From IMG/VR virus record IMGVR_UViG_3300025030_000004, positions 1 to 64,000 of that record: a DNA stretch of 64,000 bases, one strand, 5' to 3'. Under the pieces are notes generated by a model, which was not told the origin of the DNA, made no database searches, and was given only the letters and a program-made list of their open reading frames with translations. Numbering within the stretch: position 1 is the stretch's first letter; each line of letters begins with the position of its first letter. The DNA comes from a virus. Below are positions 62,585-64,000 of this stretch, piece by piece. The translations under genes were made by a program, and so were the position numbers.

Positions 62585-62926
62585 ATGACAAATGAAAATC
62601 CTATTCTAATTCACTTTAAAAAACACGGAATCAAGTATTTACAAGGAGGATTAATAGTTGGATACATTATCCTAATTGATCCGTCTGTAGCTCTTGGCGT
62701 AGCAACTATTGAACAAACGTCAACTGAATTTTATAAGAAAGTTTTAGGATTAGGGAGAGCTGTAATTCTCATAAAAGGAGGTTTAGAAATTGTTCAACAT
62801 GCTCTAAGTGGAGACTTCCAACAAGTAAAGAAGACAATTTTAAATTATCTAGGTATGTATGCCCTTTTACTTTTGCTTCCTTATGGGTTAGATCAAATTG
62901 ATGCCTTGATAGGAGGTTTGAAGTAA
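62585..62926 (+). CDS. Membrane protein, VirB2/TrbC pilin-like architecture
   Basis: Signal-like segment ending ..SVALG, then two hydrophobic helices separated by GD....KK. Confidence 0.45.
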   Translation: MTNENPILIHFKKHGIKYLQGGLIVGYIILIDPSVALGVATIEQTSTEFYKKVLGLGRAVILIKGGLEIVQHALSGDFQQVKKTILNYLGMYALLLLLPYGLDQIDALIGGLK

Positions 62927-63169
62927 ATGTCAAATTATGCTGATTGGTTTACAACCGCTATAAAGACAGCATTAAAAGAAAGCGTTGCCGAAAGTTTTAA
63001 TTGGATTATGACAGGAATAATTTTAAATGTTGTATATGTATCCCATGCTGTTGCTTTAATTGGAGGTGGAATTTTAATTATTCTTTATGTAGGTGGTTAT
63101 AAATCTGGTCTCCAAAAATGTTCTATTCTAACAGTTGCTTATGGTATGATTAAATATTTACTGGGATGA
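62927..63169 (+). CDS. Small two-TM membrane protein
   Basis: Hydrophobic segments; coupled to the upstream gene. Confidence 0.65.
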   Translation: MSNYADWFTTAIKTALKESVAESFNWIMTGIILNVVYVSHAVALIGGGILIILYVGGYKSGLQKCSILTVAYGMIKYLLG

Positions 63170-63179
63170 GGTGATTAGA

Positions 63180-64000
63180 ATGAAAGGAATTAAATTAAGT
63201 AATTACTTTAAAATTATTAACCCCGAATATGTCTACCTAAGATTGACTCCAAACAATTCAATTGAGAACAAGAACACGGACAGAATCGCCAAATCAATCT
63301 CCACAATATTTAAAGGAGTGGCTAAACATCTAAAAGTGGAAGAAGGGAAACTAGTTAGACTATATCCATTTAAAAGACAATTCATGATTGGAACAAGATA
63401 TAGTTTCCAAACATCAGAAAAAGTATCTTATTTTATTTTTATTGAAAAGCAAAGCGTGGAATTCTATTTCATAATTCCCAAAAATCACCTTTCACTATTA
63501 AGAGAAAAGATTAGAGATTCTTGGGCTAATGTCACAATTAAGGAAGTCGATGAATTGCCTCAATTTAATGAAAAGGCAACTAAATATCAAATGATTTATT
63601 CTAAAGAAGATGCTCTTAGTTTGTCTGTAGATAAGCGCAGTAGCGAACTTTTAAGTGCAAACCTTAATGTTATTGATGTGTTAGAAAGTGGCGATAAGGT
63701 GGGAATATTTTATAATTTCATTCCTACTAATCAATTTTCATGGAAGGCTGAGTATAAAAATACGATTCAAAAAGTAAGAGATGGATTGCCTACAGATAGA
63801 GAAAAGGTAAGTATTAATTTCCTATTTAAATTCCTCATTACTATTGTTGTGGAGATTAGTGACTTATTAGGAGAAGTTACTTCTGGGAAGGCATCTAAAA
63901 AGAGGGGATTAACCACAGATAATATGGCACAGATGGAAAGAGTTATTGAGCGCATGAACAAGTCAGTAGTTAGTAAATCAACATATTCTAAAGCAACAGA
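63180..64000 (+). CDS. N-terminal part of a large protein (runs off the window); possibly a conjugation/FtsK-type ATPase
   Basis: Open frame MKGIKLSNYFKIINPEYVYLRLTPNNSI... to the window end; RBS GAGGTG; no ATPase motif visible in this part. Confidence 0.6.
   Translation, partial: MKGIKLSNYFKIINPEYVYLRLTPNNSIENKNTDRIAKSISTIFKGVAKHLKVEEGKLVRLYPFKRQFMIGTRYSFQTSEKVSYFIFIEKQSVEFYFIIPKNHLSLLREKIRDSWANVTIKEVDELPQFNEKATKYQMIYSKEDALSLSVDKRSSELLSANLNVIDVLESGDKVGIFYNFIPTNQFSWKAEYKNTIQKVRDGLPTDREKVSINFLFKFLITIVVEISDLLGEVTSGKASKKRGLTTDNMAQMERVIERMNKSVVSKSTYSKAT

Larger units (their letters stand above)
1..64000 (+). mobile_element. Segment of a large SPbeta-like temperate phage (early, replication and lysogeny regions) of an anaerobic Firmicute
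   Basis: Co-oriented dense small ORFs, YopQ/YopR-like pair, SPbeta yor-like replication gene order, phage ligase, nucleotide metabolism genes and serine integrase; no host housekeeping operons; anaerobic RNR implies an anaerobic host. Confidence 0.85.

Noticed and set aside
1110-63961. Minus-strand ORFs in the track other than the integrase, and the + strand ORF 58848-59249
   Set aside because: They are antisense shadows of well-supported genes, with no RBS or recognisable motifs

Overview
This window is an AT-rich, almost entirely + strand segment of a large temperate phage of an anaerobic spore-forming Firmicute (probably clostridial). Its gene order resembles the Bacillus SPbeta family. 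It contains dozens of small accessory ORFs and an ATP-dependent DNA ligase. An SPbeta-like replication block encodes an AAA ATPase, DnaB-like helicase, primase, PD-(D/E)XK nuclease, DnaE and RecD2-like helicase. Nucleotide metabolism genes are nrdD/nrdG, dut, thyX, a dNMP kinase and a nucleotidase. There is also a large serine integrase with a candidate intact attP, a ParM/ParR partition cassette, and three RNA-guided-nuclease transposons (IscB, IS607-TnpB, IS605-TnpB). The standout locus is 6.7-13.2 kb. Upstream of a YopQ-like/MrpR(YopR)-like repressor pair, where SPbeta/phi3T carry the arbitrium aimR-aimP-aimX module, this phage carries a different cluster. It consists of an orphan MazF, a DUF5317 membrane protein, a kinase-less AgrC-like membrane sensor with a MazE-like acidic tail, an unannotated 38-aa AgrD (predicted Ser-lactone ring SWFFA), an HTH-MazF fusion and AgrB. 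A LexA-boxed promoter follows the repressor pair. I infer a cyclic-peptide phage communication system that feeds into MazF RNases rather than a two-component relay to control lysis-lysogeny. More than 20 YRAAA-N6-TTTYR palindromes (SPBRE-like) mark the boundaries of accessory genes. All family calls are by motif recognition by eye; no searches were run.
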